DNA from: the human T2T-CHM13v2.0 reference genome, Homo sapiens
Length of the DNA: 64,000 nucleotides
NCBI RefSeq assembly: GCF_009914755.1
Contig: NC_060926.1
Reading direction: 5' to 3' (one strand)
This document shows positions 14,431 through 28,625 of the stretch, in pieces. A program made the translations under genes and the position numbers. The notes under the pieces are model-generated. The model was not told where the DNA came from and did no database searches. It saw only the letters and a program-made list of their open reading frames with translations. How positions within the stretch are numbered: the first letter of the stretch is position 1; each line of letters starts with the position of its first letter.

Positions 14431-16954
14431 AACAAACAAAAATGGCTCCTTAAGAATGGCAAAGTCTTTTTCAATCATTCCGATCTTCACCAAAGTTCAA
14501 TTTGAATTTGAAGACTGGCTGTACCTCAGTCTTTAAGAAATGATGAGTGAACCAGTGTCCAGAATTCCTTCCATTTTCCTAAATTTCCTGATTTGTTTTG
14601 TTTATAAAATCCCCCTCTATATTTCTTCCTTTTACATGGTGCTGAAAATTTTCAATCCTTTTAAGCTGGATGCGTTAAACTCTGAAACAGTGAACAGATA
14701 AGGAACTTAACTTCTTGGAATAAAGTAGCAGTGCTTTAAAGAAAGAGGAAGAATTTATGTAATGATCCTTTAAATTGTGATGAAAATATGGTTGTTTGAT
14801 AAATGATGTTTTTAACATTCCTCTTAGCAAAAAAACCATCCAAATGACAATGATAAGAAAACATTATTTTTCAATTGGTATATTAGGTTAGGGAAAATTA
14901 AATGCTTGATAACCCCACTTCACACCACTTCAGTTTATTTCAACACAGGCAGAGTTCAACACAGGCCTTTCTATTTGGATGTGGATAGTGGTTCATGAGG
15001 GTGACTCAGAGACCTAGACATTCTCTCTCTCATGGCTTAGCCATTCCCTCTGGCCTCGGACTTCTTCTTTCCCAGCCTTCTGGATGCAGGGAGCGGCAGG
15101 ATGGAGTAAAGTTGAGAGGACTGTAATGGAGATTTTTAATGGCCGAGTCTGTAGGGGATATTTCACTCCTACTCCCATGTATATATAAAACTGAAATATA
15201 GTACTTTGAATAATAGAAGGAAACTAATTTTTAAGGAAGCATTATCCTTTCTTAGAATAGCATCTGTTTTTAACTGCTTACAAGTTCTATAACTCACCAA
15301 CAGATGACTAAGAGCTAGGACTGACACTGGAGTTCAATAAACAACACAAAATTATCTTAATAGGTTTTTATTGTTTTGAAATAAATAAGCCTTTTAGGAG
15401 GTGATTGTAGGAGATAGATGTTCATGAATCATAGTCTATCAGCATTTTTTGTTGTTGTTACAGTGAAAAGCCTTTGGTTGTTTTAGAGATAATAATGGTA
15501 TGTTAGCTGTCCTCTATAAAGAGGATGTTTTGAACCTTGTATATGTTATTTGCCATTTTCTGATGGTAGGAAGAAATTTGTGCTCATCCTTTTGGTGCAG
15601 TTGTGACTACTGCATTTTTCTGGGAGGTTTGCCAGAGTTATTCATAAAGACTTGAGCATATATACTTACAAAGGCAAGTAGCCCATGTACAATTTTAACC
15701 AGTCACTTTGGAGAGGAAACAGCCACACTAATCAGCTATTTGTGATCTAGACTCTTGTAAGAGTCTCTCCCACCTCACTCCATCTATTTCTTCCCTTCTA
15801 AGTAAATGGTAATGAGAATTCATTCTGAAATGACATGAGCCTGCAATTTGCATGAATTTGATGTAGAAAATCTTATCATCATCACATGGATCATAGTTCA
15901 ATTTTATATATGTGCTTTCCGGATTCCAAATGGAGATTGGGAAAATTATTCAAATTGTTAGAATATAGACCTGTAATCTCAAGTAATTGATGTCCCCTAT
16001 TTTAAGAAAGCATGCAACAAAATTCAGATGCATGTGTACAGTCTATAAATATTATTTTTAGGTGAGAAGTTGAATTTTTCATGATTGTAAATGGAAGAAA
16101 AAGAAAATCAGTTTAGGTCAAAATACATAAAATGGCTTGGATATTAATTTCACCATATTTTTACTTTGTTTCAAATATTATAGTAAAATTATCAGAGCTT
16201 TGCCACTGAACCAATCTGTCTCAGACTCATACTGAGTAGTAGCTCTGTAACTTGACTTAAATCATTTGCGAAAGAATTCTTGAGTCATATGGAAGACATC
16301 TCTCTCTCTCTCTCCCCCGTACAGTCTCTCTCTTTCCCCCATGCTCTCTTTCCCCTTGCCCACTTCTCTTTCCCTCCCTGTTTTCTATACTTTCCTTCTA
16401 CTACTTTGCAGGGGAACTTCCCCATTTTCTTTTTCATAGCAAATATGAGAGAAACTCTGGGCAAATCCAGTTTAAAAAAAGAAAAGATTATCCCTGATTT
16501 CTGAGGGAGGATAGACAGTTTTAAAGAGAATCAAGAAAGAGATTGGGGATTCAGCTGGATATGAAAATAGCTATATTCATTAAGAAGAGCAATGCAAACA
16601 GCTGTAAATTTGGATAATAAGCAAGGAAAGATATTTGAATTTCATTAGGCTTTTTTTTTTGTCTACAGTTAGCAAATAGCTCACCTTCTAAATTTACTTC
16701 AGTTGTGATTCACCCACAATAAGCATGTAATTAAAATTGAAGAATGTTTACCAGGTGAGGGAAGTTGATGACAGAAGCCTGGAGAAAGGTTTGGAAAATA
16801 TGAAAAGAAGGGCAATTCAGGAAGCACTCTGCAATTTGGAAGATATTTTAGGAAAGGTAATGCCGGGGAGGACTGCAATCAAATAGATGTTGCTGGTTCA
16901 AGACTGGCCTGTAGAAGCTCAGTCACCAGCATCTTTTTGGTGGTGGGAGTGAAT

Positions 16955-17210
16955 TAATTAGTTAATTCAATCAATATTGATTGAAAATATATTGTGCTTT
17001 GACTTCTGCACCAGATTCTGTGAGAATAATTGAGGGGAATACCATTTCTGTAATCATAAAGCTTACACCCTAGAAAGGGAGATAGAAATAAAACATAATT
17101 AAGATCAGTTCTGGTGAGAAGTGTAGAGTACTGTGAGCAGAACTGTGTGGGTATGTGTGATGTAGGGGAAGGGATTTCTGCCCCAGTCTGGGCATGGGCT
17201 CAGCAATGTA
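16955..17210 (-). mobile_element. L2 3'-end fragment
   Basis: attcaatcaatattgattgaaaatatattgtgc...aagcttacaccctagaaaggg. Confidence 0.5.
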
Positions 17211-18892
17211 TCCCTTGTTCTTGTCTCCGGAGCCAGGTATGCAAATAATTATGGCAGAGCATACTTTTTGCTCTTAGTGGCAATTTGTGATACTGCGTTG
17301 AGAGCATAGTAGGAGTCTCCATTTTATTATAGATGTGTCATGGAAGGCACACAAAAGACATAGAAACCAAGTCCAGAAGGATTGGCATGAGTGTGCAAAT
17401 TGATGTATTTGGGGAGATTTTTCCATAATTTTTTGAATAAAATCTCAAAAGATAGGAAAGAACTTTAAGTACTTCAGTGTTACTGGATCCTAATATTGGT
17501 GAAGGGATATTATAAAATGAGATACACAGGAAAAAAGAGGGACTGACCAAAAGGAACACATTTTATAATGTGATAGAGACTCAATTTTTGATGAATTAAT
17601 GGTGATATGATAATTGCTATAATTGAGAACTGGAAGATTATGGCTCTTAATAGTTTAAAATGAAGTACTTACATGTCTCTACAAAAAGTATAAATGTTTG
17701 AGAGTGTAGAGTCATATTAGGGGGCTGGGAAATCAATATTCTGAAGTCCAGTGAACAATGGTAGAATATAATAGAAAAGGGCATCTGAAAAAATAGATAC
17801 TATGAAACTTTTGTTTCAGTTTTATAGCTACATGTTTGTATGCCTCGCATGCAGATAAAACATGGAAATTGTATTTCTTACTGTGGGTTGGAGTTAAAGA
17901 AGCCTGAAAGTCGCTGTGGTGGAAGCATCCAGTTTCTCAGGTGTGTTTACATGCTGAGGAGAGGGGCCTGGAGAAGCAGCAAAAAGACCAGGAACTAGAC
18001 AGACTCCAGGCTCTTGCTCCTGAGCCTAAAGAAAGAATCATCTGCATCAGGGCCCAGTGACAAAAAGAGTGAAAACACTGATACTTTGCCTTTGGTCCCA
18101 AGGTGACAACAATCATAAACCTGCCAGTTACCTCCTTGGTGTTGTGATATAGATAAATTGAGAATAATGTTTAGCTCAAGGTAGGTATTTGCCCTTTGTA
18201 AATAGTTGATGAGTTAAATGTCCAGCTACAGAAACTTCTCTTTGGCCCTCTGGCAGGGTTTGGAGATTTCTGGGCTTCTTGGAGCAGGTCTGTATTTTTT
18301 TCTGGTCCAGCCTGGGGGAATGAGGGAATGGGTGGTTGTAGGTGTGTGTTAGGAGGGACGTTTGACCATTTTCTACTTCATCTATTTTGATTAAATGGTG
18401 GGAAAACAAATCTCCTGTGGGAGCTACATCATCTTTTATGTCTGCTAACCAGAAGTTGAATCCTAGGAATCAGTTCCTCAAGCAGCATTTTAATAGAACA
18501 CAGCAAGTGGCCTTCTGAGGTGGTCCTGATATCAACTGTGATACAATGTGCTCTGTTCTTAGATGCAGAAGGCACAACCAGGGAGCAGTGGTCCCAGAAC
18601 AGAGGCTTCAGGCAAGGCTTTTCAGGATAAGGGATGTGTGATTTTGATGTTGAACCCTAATTACAGGTTAGCCAGGAAACAGGACCACTGGGTGGGGAAG
18701 TGAGAGGGGTATGTTTTTGAGAAAAATAACCAAGTTTGTACCATTAGCCTGAAATTTCACCGTTCCGTTCACCAAACTCTGATAGTAAAGCCTTTCCAAA
18801 CTTCTTGAACTTGCTCTGTGCAAATTTAACCAATCCTGTGCATATGTAGTTCTTTTTCTCAAAAACACACTAGGAATGGCAAGATGGTTAGA

Positions 18893-18930
18893 GTGTGTGT
18901 GTGTGCATGTATGTGTATGTGCGTGTGTGT

Positions 18931-18970
<40 letters not shown>
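18893..18970. repeat. Interrupted (TG)n microsatellite
   Basis: 78 bp of alternating purine-pyrimidine sequence, mostly TG. Confidence 0.97.
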
Positions 18971-18971
<1 letters not shown>

Positions 18972-20483
18972 GAGTCCAGAAGACATGGGAAAGGTGTGGG
19001 AAATGAATATGAATCTGGAAAGCTAAACAGGGCTGGCTAAACAGCCTTGTGTGAGAGGAGGAATTGCTGAAGGGTTTTAGGTAGCGAGACAACATGCGTT
19101 ATATTTTAGAATGGTTGCTGTGGAGCTGGTGTGGTGGGTTATCTTGGAGGGGTCTGAGATGAGGGCAGGGAGATTGGAACATAGAAACTAATAAAATAAA
19201 CAATTTTCCCGTAATGCTTATGGAAATATTATAGCAATAAAATTTAAAATATTTAATAATTTTTGCTGAGGTCCTGAGCATCGATTGTGACTCTGATAAA
19301 GAAGTATAATTAGATTCAGGTTTCTAAGATTGCCTGTCCCTAGGTCTCATTTCCTAAATGACTGCTTCTCTTCAAGACAGCTTCTGAAGCCAAAAGCTTT
19401 ATGGGCGACAGCTCTGGGAATGCGTTTTAGCGTTATCATCTTGTGAGATCACCACCCAAACATGAAGGCAAGTGCCACAGACTTGCCTCTAAAGATGTAG
19501 ATGGTTTTGCCATCAAATAGAGAATGTGTTGTGTCAAAGAACCAGGTTTCTTCCAACTCTAAAAGCCTATGCTTCTTCAGTTATTTCTATTTTGCTATAA
19601 ACCATAAAACAAGTTACAGTACGAATCCAGGGAGTGAAGAAGCTCCCAGAGCTGTTTGAAATGTGCCATGGAGGGGTTGGCATCCATGTTCTCAGAGCTA
19701 CTTTAAGGGAAGTTTGTGGGTTGATTGTCATCCTGTAAATACCCAGCAGAGTGCTGCCTGCTGCCTCCCCCTCATAGCAGATTTCCTGTCCTGCGTGACA
19801 GATCCGGTAGAACGCATAAAGTGCAACTTCACTATTTCGGGCCCCATTATACCATAACTGAAAATACAACACAAATTCAATTCTGTCTTTATAAACATAT
19901 GGTCTATCTCCCGTGTAATATCATGGTACATCTCTATTAAATCTTGCTTTCTGTTGTTGATATTAAAATGGAATTCTACTATAGTGTACTTTTACAGTTG
20001 ATCTTTTGTGCTTCAAATGATTTAGAAATCTTTTGCATAAGTAAATCCTGGTTCCAAAATATTCAATTGATGATTTATTCTTGGAGCCTATTTTTAATTT
20101 ATTTAGTGTATGACTACACTTTATGAAAGGGTTAACATTATTTGTTCAAGGTTTTTGATATTTGATGCCTTAAAAGTATACTTTTCAAAACAGACATTTT
20201 ATTTAAGAAGGGAAATATACTGTTCTTTGAATAGCCTTGACACTGTGCCAGCTCATAAGTGTTGTAATGTGGAATGATGAATTCTTTGCATATATATTCT
20301 TTGAATATATATTTTTATAGTGTACACATAAGTATAGATAGTCCATTTATTTTAAAAAGCATGTTCATGATTTTAAGTCATTCTTGAGAAAGTGTTGTGG
20401 AAATTAGTTGGTATTTTGACCTAGGTTTTTCCTATTCCAGAAACGTGTTTTTTAAACACTCACATTAAAAAATTGGTGAGGTT

Positions 20484-20879
<396 letters not shown>

Positions 20880-22082
20880 TTAATAACATTTAAATGTGCA
20901 GTCCTAACTGAATTATTTTTTGCTCCATAGAAGCAGTTCAGATGATTCCTGCTGATTTCTAATTTCAACCATAAATATCACTTAATTTGTTGTTAAAGTA
21001 TTTTTCCTTAATGGAATTTTTCTCCTATAGCTTTAAGACAGCCTCTGACTTGCAATTTCTTTATTAATTTTATTTTCTTAAGGTCACATTATTCCTGGCA
21101 TTTTAGACATTTTTCACGATCTGTGACTCTTGTCTCATGGGCAGAAGCTTTGTCCTCTTTCCTTTTTCTTCACCACTCTTTGCAGCCCTGACCCTTTAGT
21201 TAATTTTTCAGAAACCTTAGCAACTCTGCCTTTGGAGTGGCACTGTACACTGTGGAGGACAAAATATAAATTGATGTAAGCTGATTAATGATTTAGCTCT
21301 ACTGCTGAAAATTCCACATTTGTTTCCTGTTGTACCAAGAATAAAATCTATGTCTTTCCTAGGACTTTTGAGACCTCCTGTCTCCTTCCCCACTCTCCAC
21401 TTCCGTCCCTTCCCCTTATTGCTTCCCCTATGCCAGCCATATTGGCCCTCGTGTGGTTTCCCAAATATTGTGAGAATCATTTTTCTCGAAGTTTTTATCA
21501 GCAAGATAAATTGCTGGGAGTTGAATTTCTAAGTTAAAAGATATGAAAATAAATGTTTTAATGGTTAATATAAAATTGCCTTTGAAAGGTACTGACCTAT
21601 CTTCAAAGCACCTGTTTATAAAGAATATAAAGAAGAATAAAGAGTATCTGTTTCCCAAACCTGTAATGAAGCTCTTTCAGGCTTTTTGATCTTGGCCACA
21701 TATTGGCCATCTTTTTTTAACATAAGTAGGACCTAGCTTTGAGTGGATTAATTATTTTAAAAATTCTGAGCAGTTAAACCTTTGCCATCGTGGTCCCAAA
21801 CACTGCTCTCTAGAGGTGGTGCTGGTTCTGGTGATTAGTAGGCCTAGGATGTGGTTATGGGAATGTGTGGCTGAGATGGAGCAAAGGAAAGGTCAGACAG
21901 GTTGGGGGGTCAGATGTTCAGACACAAGGATGCTGAGATCATCAGGAATAACACCAGAAGTAGGTGGGGTAAGGAAGAGTGGGAGCCAGGTGCCACAGGC
22001 ATTATGATCTCAGTGTCTCGATAGATGGGAGAGGGAGGAAAGGATGCTGAAGGGAAGCTCAGTGAGCAGCTGTCTGTATGGG

Positions 22083-22684
22083 TATATTAATGACTTTTTT
22101 TAATTTTCTGAATTTTGTGATATCTTGGCATCTTTGTGCCTTGCTGAACCTGGAGAGGCTGTCCCTCCAGAGCTAGCAGATTCCCAAATGTATCAAACAA
22201 CTTGCCTGGGAGCACACTTTTCACTTGCAAACCAACAAATCCAAAGCCCATATCCTAGTCAAAGCAGCCAGCTCCTTTCTTTAACTCTCTTACACCCTAA
22301 GCCAATATTTCCCCTGCCCTGTATCATCCTAGGGCTAGGTATCAGACAACCAAGGATCACCTCTACAGCTCAGAGCATGCTGAAAGTATTCAGATTGTCC
22401 AGTCTTAACCTTGCTCACACTTAACGTACCCTGCTTTATTCATTCCTTCCTGCCGTACCACAATATAGACCCTGGGACCTGCTCTCCCCTTGCCACCTCC
22501 TTCACTCACCCAGGTGCTTCCCCAAGTGGCACTGTAAGGCATGGCATAGCATGCCCCCTCCTGTTGGGGACTGTGAGTCACAGATTTCCTAACTATGAGT
22601 AACAGAACTTCTTTTAATGGCACTGACGTCTTTGTGTTGTTACTCAGTCACCTCTATGAATTAAATTCCAAGAACATTTAAAAC
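22083..22684 (+). mobile_element. ERVL solo LTR (MER74-like)
   Basis: ccttgctgaacctggagaggctgtccctccagagctagc...gcaaaccaacaaatccaaagccc matches the recalled MER74 consensus. Ends ...aaaaca. Confidence 0.7.
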
Positions 22685-24931
22685 AGTGGGAGACCATCAG
22701 AGAATTGGGCAGGAAAATTAAATATTAATAGTCTATGATGTAGCTATATTTATACACAGAAACACACATTGACATTGAAATCTGATTTACGTAAAAGAGA
22801 CCAAAAAAATGGGTTATTTAAAACAGTATGTACACTGGTCCCAATTATAAAGAAAAACTTTCAGTATACATAATGTAAGACACAGAAACAAATAGTCCAG
22901 CATAAAATACCCAAAGTGCTAAAAGAAGAATTTGGGATAACTTTGTTTATTTGTATTTAAAAATTATCTTCCAAGTATTGTGAATTATTTTGTGTAATTC
23001 CAAGTCTTGCTGTAACGTGGTGTCATTTATGTATCTTTTGCTCCTTTGGACATTAGAACCTTGATTGCGATGGTGACGTAGGAGCCATCAATTCCAGACA
23101 CACACATTAAACAATGCTATATGGGTGGGCCTACAAATTATTTCTACAACCAACACAGACGTTTTTTGGAAATGGCTGAGTTTGTGCTCTAAACTGAGAA
23201 TAATGTACATTTTATTGTATGCATACATAGATAAGGTATGAAAAGTCTATAGTATATTTAGATAACAATTTCCACTTCTTCACTGAAAGCTGGTTGAAAC
23301 CCTTCGTTGTGAAGTCTATCTTCCTGAGTTCTTTTCTCATTGATCACAGGATCCTGTTTTATGTGCCCCCTGGCAGATTTTTTTTTTTCTGTTGCATTTA
23401 TTTTATCAGGTCCTAGAGTTTCTCAAGTATATTTGCTCAGCATTTCCTCTAAGCACAGTCATTGTAGAGGCTTTCCTTTCCTCTGTGTGCTGTGCTCATA
23501 ATGTTGAACGCCTTATGTGGTAACTCTTGATTTTCCTTTTATCTGTCTGTTGAATCAAATAGTTGTCTACTTGGGTGTGTAGTCCTGTATGTAATCTCTC
23601 TGCCAGAGATTTGCTCTGTAGAATCAGTGCTCTCTGTATACCCAACTGAGGAATATTTTACACTCATTTCGTATGTGAGGATCATTCATACTTGGGGCCC
23701 ACGCTGAAAGAACTTTGACACTGCCCAGTGTCAACAAACCACTACGCGTCTCCCAGATAGCAGTACCTTAGTATTTATTGTTTGCTGAATAGCCAGGGGG
23801 TTGTTACATACTCATTGTCATATGTATATGTAACATACACATTTTAGACGGAGGAGCTGGGGGCATGTCTTTCTTGAATGTTTAGGAGAATTTTAGGTGG
23901 TTTTGTTCTACACATGTACAAGAAATGCTAACTCTCAGTATACAAAAAAGGATTGAATAAACTGGAATAATATTTGCAACACGAAGTTTAGAGCACCCAG
24001 TGCCTTCCTCTTATCACCATGTGTACTTTCTAAAGCAGAAAAAAAGTACGTAGTTAAAATCTGAAAAGCTGAAGTGCCATTTGATTATTTTCTAAAGGAC
24101 CAAACCACTTGCTCCTTCACCCCACTGCCTTACTGAAGCATGCCTCACCCTAGCTTTTGTGGTTATTAGTATTGTAAGCTCTGGATAAAAATAACAGTTC
24201 TAGGTGAATTATGACTTTTTGGACTTATGGTTTATTCCTCTGAGGATATATTTGTTTTATATTCCTTAAATTGTTCTATAAAGGCAATTCACATATTTTA
24301 AAATCCCTGTAATTTTCATATATTTTAGCAGACTGTGTGTTTAAGGGTATATATTTCTTGATTGTGAAACAGTCGCAGTGGTTTTAGATGTGTATCTTTT
24401 GTCTTTCTTTCAAATCCAAATTCCGTAGTGAGGCTAATTTAGTTCATTCCAATAAAATATTTTAAGGTCTTTTTATTAAAGCAGAAATTAAAATAATTAT
24501 CATTATTTATAAATACTGCTTAACATAAAAAGAACTCCAAAGAAATTATAACCACTTTGTAAAATTGAAAGTAAAAAGCACTTAAAATTCATGAGTATAA
24601 AATAAAATATTCCTCGATAAAAATTGTGTGCATAGACAACTTGTATTTTAGAACAGAACTTGGAATATTCAGTTTGTCTAAATAAACTCCTAACCAGAAA
24701 ATTTTAATGAAAAAAAATCCTCTAAAGTAACAATAAATATATTTCTTCTGTTTATCGACAAATAGCTAATGAGGATCAATAATGTTTTTATAGTGCGATG
24801 CTTCTAGATTGCCATTTACCTATGCTAATAAATCTACCAGACCTACAGTTTCCATGGTAGTAGGTATAATGTAAAAAACAATTCACGTGGCCCAAGGCCC
24901 AAGTTATGTTATGGGTTATTATATTGATGGT

Positions 24932-25118
24932 GAGTAGTATTTCTCAGTAGGATCACTGTTGGTATTTTGAGTGAGAATATCCGTTGTTATGTGGGACTTT
25001 AACATTGCACTCCATTAAACAATGCTGGCCTTTTAATTACTTCACAATGATTGGGGCATCCAAAATGGCCCCTGGAAAATATTATGTGAGTAATACAGCC
25101 CCTACCTGAAATCCACTG
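24932..25118. mobile_element. hAT-Charlie MITE (MER20-like)
   Basis: Decayed termini agtagtatttctca ... tgaaatccactg. Confidence 0.45.
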
Positions 25119-25127
25119 ATACAGAAT

Positions 25128-25346
25128 AGGAACCAGCACAATTTTTCTGTAGAGGTGGATAATAAATATTTCATATGTGTGGGCCATACAGTCTCTGTCT
25201 CAATTACTCAACTCGGCTATTGTGGTGAAAGAGCAACTAGAGTATAGATGGCATGAAAAAGAGTAGCTGTGTTCCAATACAGACTATATTTACAAAAGCA
25301 AGTGCTGGGCAGATTTTCACTGGGGGGCTGTAGTTTGCCAGCCCCT
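25128..25346 (+). mobile_element. MER58A
   Basis: gtgggccatacagtctctgtctcaattactcaactcggctattgtgg...gctgtgttccaata...tgtagtttgccagcccct. Confidence 0.85.
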
Positions 25347-25411
25347 TCAAAAGTACCACAAGTCCATCAGTCTGAACACAAAGAATGCTATTTGAAAAAC
25401 AATCAGTCGTA

Positions 25412-25900
25412 TTATGTTAGTTAGGAGGGTTTGGGGCTGCAAATAATATGAAATCATATTTCCTGTTTCTAAAGATAGGGTTGTTTCAGTCTTGATTAAT
25501 TTAATGTATGATTATCATAAGAGACATAAGCGCTTTCCATCCTTCTACTCTGTTATTCTCAGTTGTTATTATCTCCCCTCATAGTCACAGATAGATGCAA
25601 CAGTGTCATGCCTAGTTACAACAGTGCACAGGGGAGAAGGACATGTCCATATAGTCCAGGAAAACCTTTCCCAGAAGTCCCCAGCTGAGTTGCTATCACA
25701 TCTTGTTTGGCTGCATCTCCAAACTTGAGTTAAAAAATAGAAAAAGGAAAATATCCCACATATTTTACATAGGATAATTATGATTCTCCTCCTTAGCCTG
25801 GAGAGACAGATTCAGCCTTAACCCATACCTGTAGATGACCAATATTTGAATGAGCTGTGATTACACGGGTAAGAAAGAGCAGGGGCCTTTGAGAGGTGAG
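25412..25900 (-). mobile_element. Old MaLR LTR (MLT1K/L-like)
   Basis: tgttagttaggagggtttggggctgcaaataa...ggaaaacctttcccagaagtcccc. Confidence 0.5.
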
Positions 25901-27053
25901 TGAAGAAAGATGTCTGTGAGATGCATTGTTTTCCATGTTAACTAAATTACACTCAAATGTAATTCTGTCTTAGACGGTATTTGAGTCCATTTGTTTCCCT
26001 CTGTTTCCCAGCTAGTCAAAGGAAGCGTTTCATTCCACCTATCTTTGGTCAGAGGAGAGGGAGGAGTGTAGACCAGCATTCTACCCACTGACGACAGGTC
26101 ATCTGTCTCTATTATTGAAGAACCATTGCAGAGCCTATGCTCACCTTCTGCGAGGTCAGTAAAACCAGTATATGGAAGAGTGTTTGGACTTGCTTAACAA
26201 ACATCACTCAGCAGTCCTTAAGGAACCTCTCAAATAAGCCCTAGCTAATCATAAATAGTTAGTATAGAATTTGATTTATAAGAGTTGAAAATAATTTGCT
26301 GAAAAGCATTTTCACTGAAATGATGTAATCATTTTAGTGCTAAAGGGAATACAGAAGACCAATGGATTCTTTTAAGCTCATAAAGTTGCTGCCCTACAAT
26401 TTCAGATGAAGCAGGTGATTTATCAAGAGAATAATTTTGGTGGCTGAGAGGTACAGATATAACTAGAAGCTGGTTTTCCCACTTTGTTGTGCTGTGTTCC
26501 CTGAATTACATCATGGTATTCCTGCAGCAAAATGGCTGCAAGAGACCTTATGCTTATCAGTAGGGATGGCTCTGACTCAAGTTCTGATTTTTTTTCCTGG
26601 AGCTATTCCTGAATGTTGAGCTCTTTAAGCTGTCAGTACTGGGGTTGAACAAATACCTTTAGATGCAACTCTATTTATTGTAGTGACTTTTGGAGAATGA
26701 TCCTGTACTATTTTGTGGATAGGTTTGTTCAGGAGACCTTGTTTTGCATCTCCCTCATGTAATTGGTTCAATTTCGAAGGGGCTGCTCCTTTAACGCCAA
26801 TCATTTACTTATGTGTCTATTCAAACATATCGAATTCACTGTTCCATCCTCAAGGTTCTAAGTATTCTAGTGTGAAAGAGAATGAGCCGAACAATTAAAG
26901 TAGAGTGAGATTTATGGCACAGTCGAGGGAAGCATTATGTCCTCTTAAGATCGAGGGTGACACTGAACAGGTCAAGAAGTGATGCCTGAGTTGAGTCTCA
27001 AAACATAACCAAAGTAAGTCAAGTAAGGAAAACAGGGATGAAGCTGGCCTATG

Positions 27054-27105
27054 GAAGGAATGACACAAGAAAAGGCTTAGAAGGAATGACACAAGAAAAG
27101 TCTTA
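27054..27105. repeat. Two-copy 26-bp tandem repeat
   Basis: gaaggaatgacacaagaaaag(g/t)ctta x2. Confidence 0.95.
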
Positions 27106-27475
27106 GAGGAATGGGAGAATATGGGATGTCTGGAGAACAGCTAGCAGTTCACTAGGTCTAGAGTTCACAAAGACTTAAGATGCACAATTGGCAAATACTG
27201 AGTAATGGGACTGTGCTGGGGGAGAGTTAATATATTTAGAACTTTATTCTTAGGCAGTGGGAGTCATCAGAGGCTATTCGATGGGACAGTGACATGATGT
27301 CATTCATATTTGCGAAAACCATTATGGCTGTGGGATAAAGAAGGGATCAGAGGGGGTAAGATTGAAGGCAACATGACCAGCCAAGAGGGTCTTTCAATAA
27401 TCTAATAAAGAAATGCCAAGAGCCTTGATTAAGGCAGCGGTGGTGGAGAGAGAAAGAAGAGATGGTTGTCAATCA

Positions 27476-28117
<642 letters not shown>

Positions 28118-28293
28118 AATACATAATAGTTCTATTCATTGACATATGACCATAGGAGTTGGACCAATGTTGTGGAAAGATGAGTTCACTTTTAAGCCTG
28201 TTCATTTTGAAGTGCTTGGAAACCTAGTAACTCGTTGTATATAGGAGGCTGGAAACCAGGAAGGAGCGCTGAACTAAAGAAATAGATGTGGGG

Positions 28294-28625
<332 letters not shown>

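Noticed and set aside
19567-19872. 101-aa minus-strand ORF with an acceptor-like ttgtattttcag
   Set aside because: No recognisable homology, non-ATG start and no matching donor identified.
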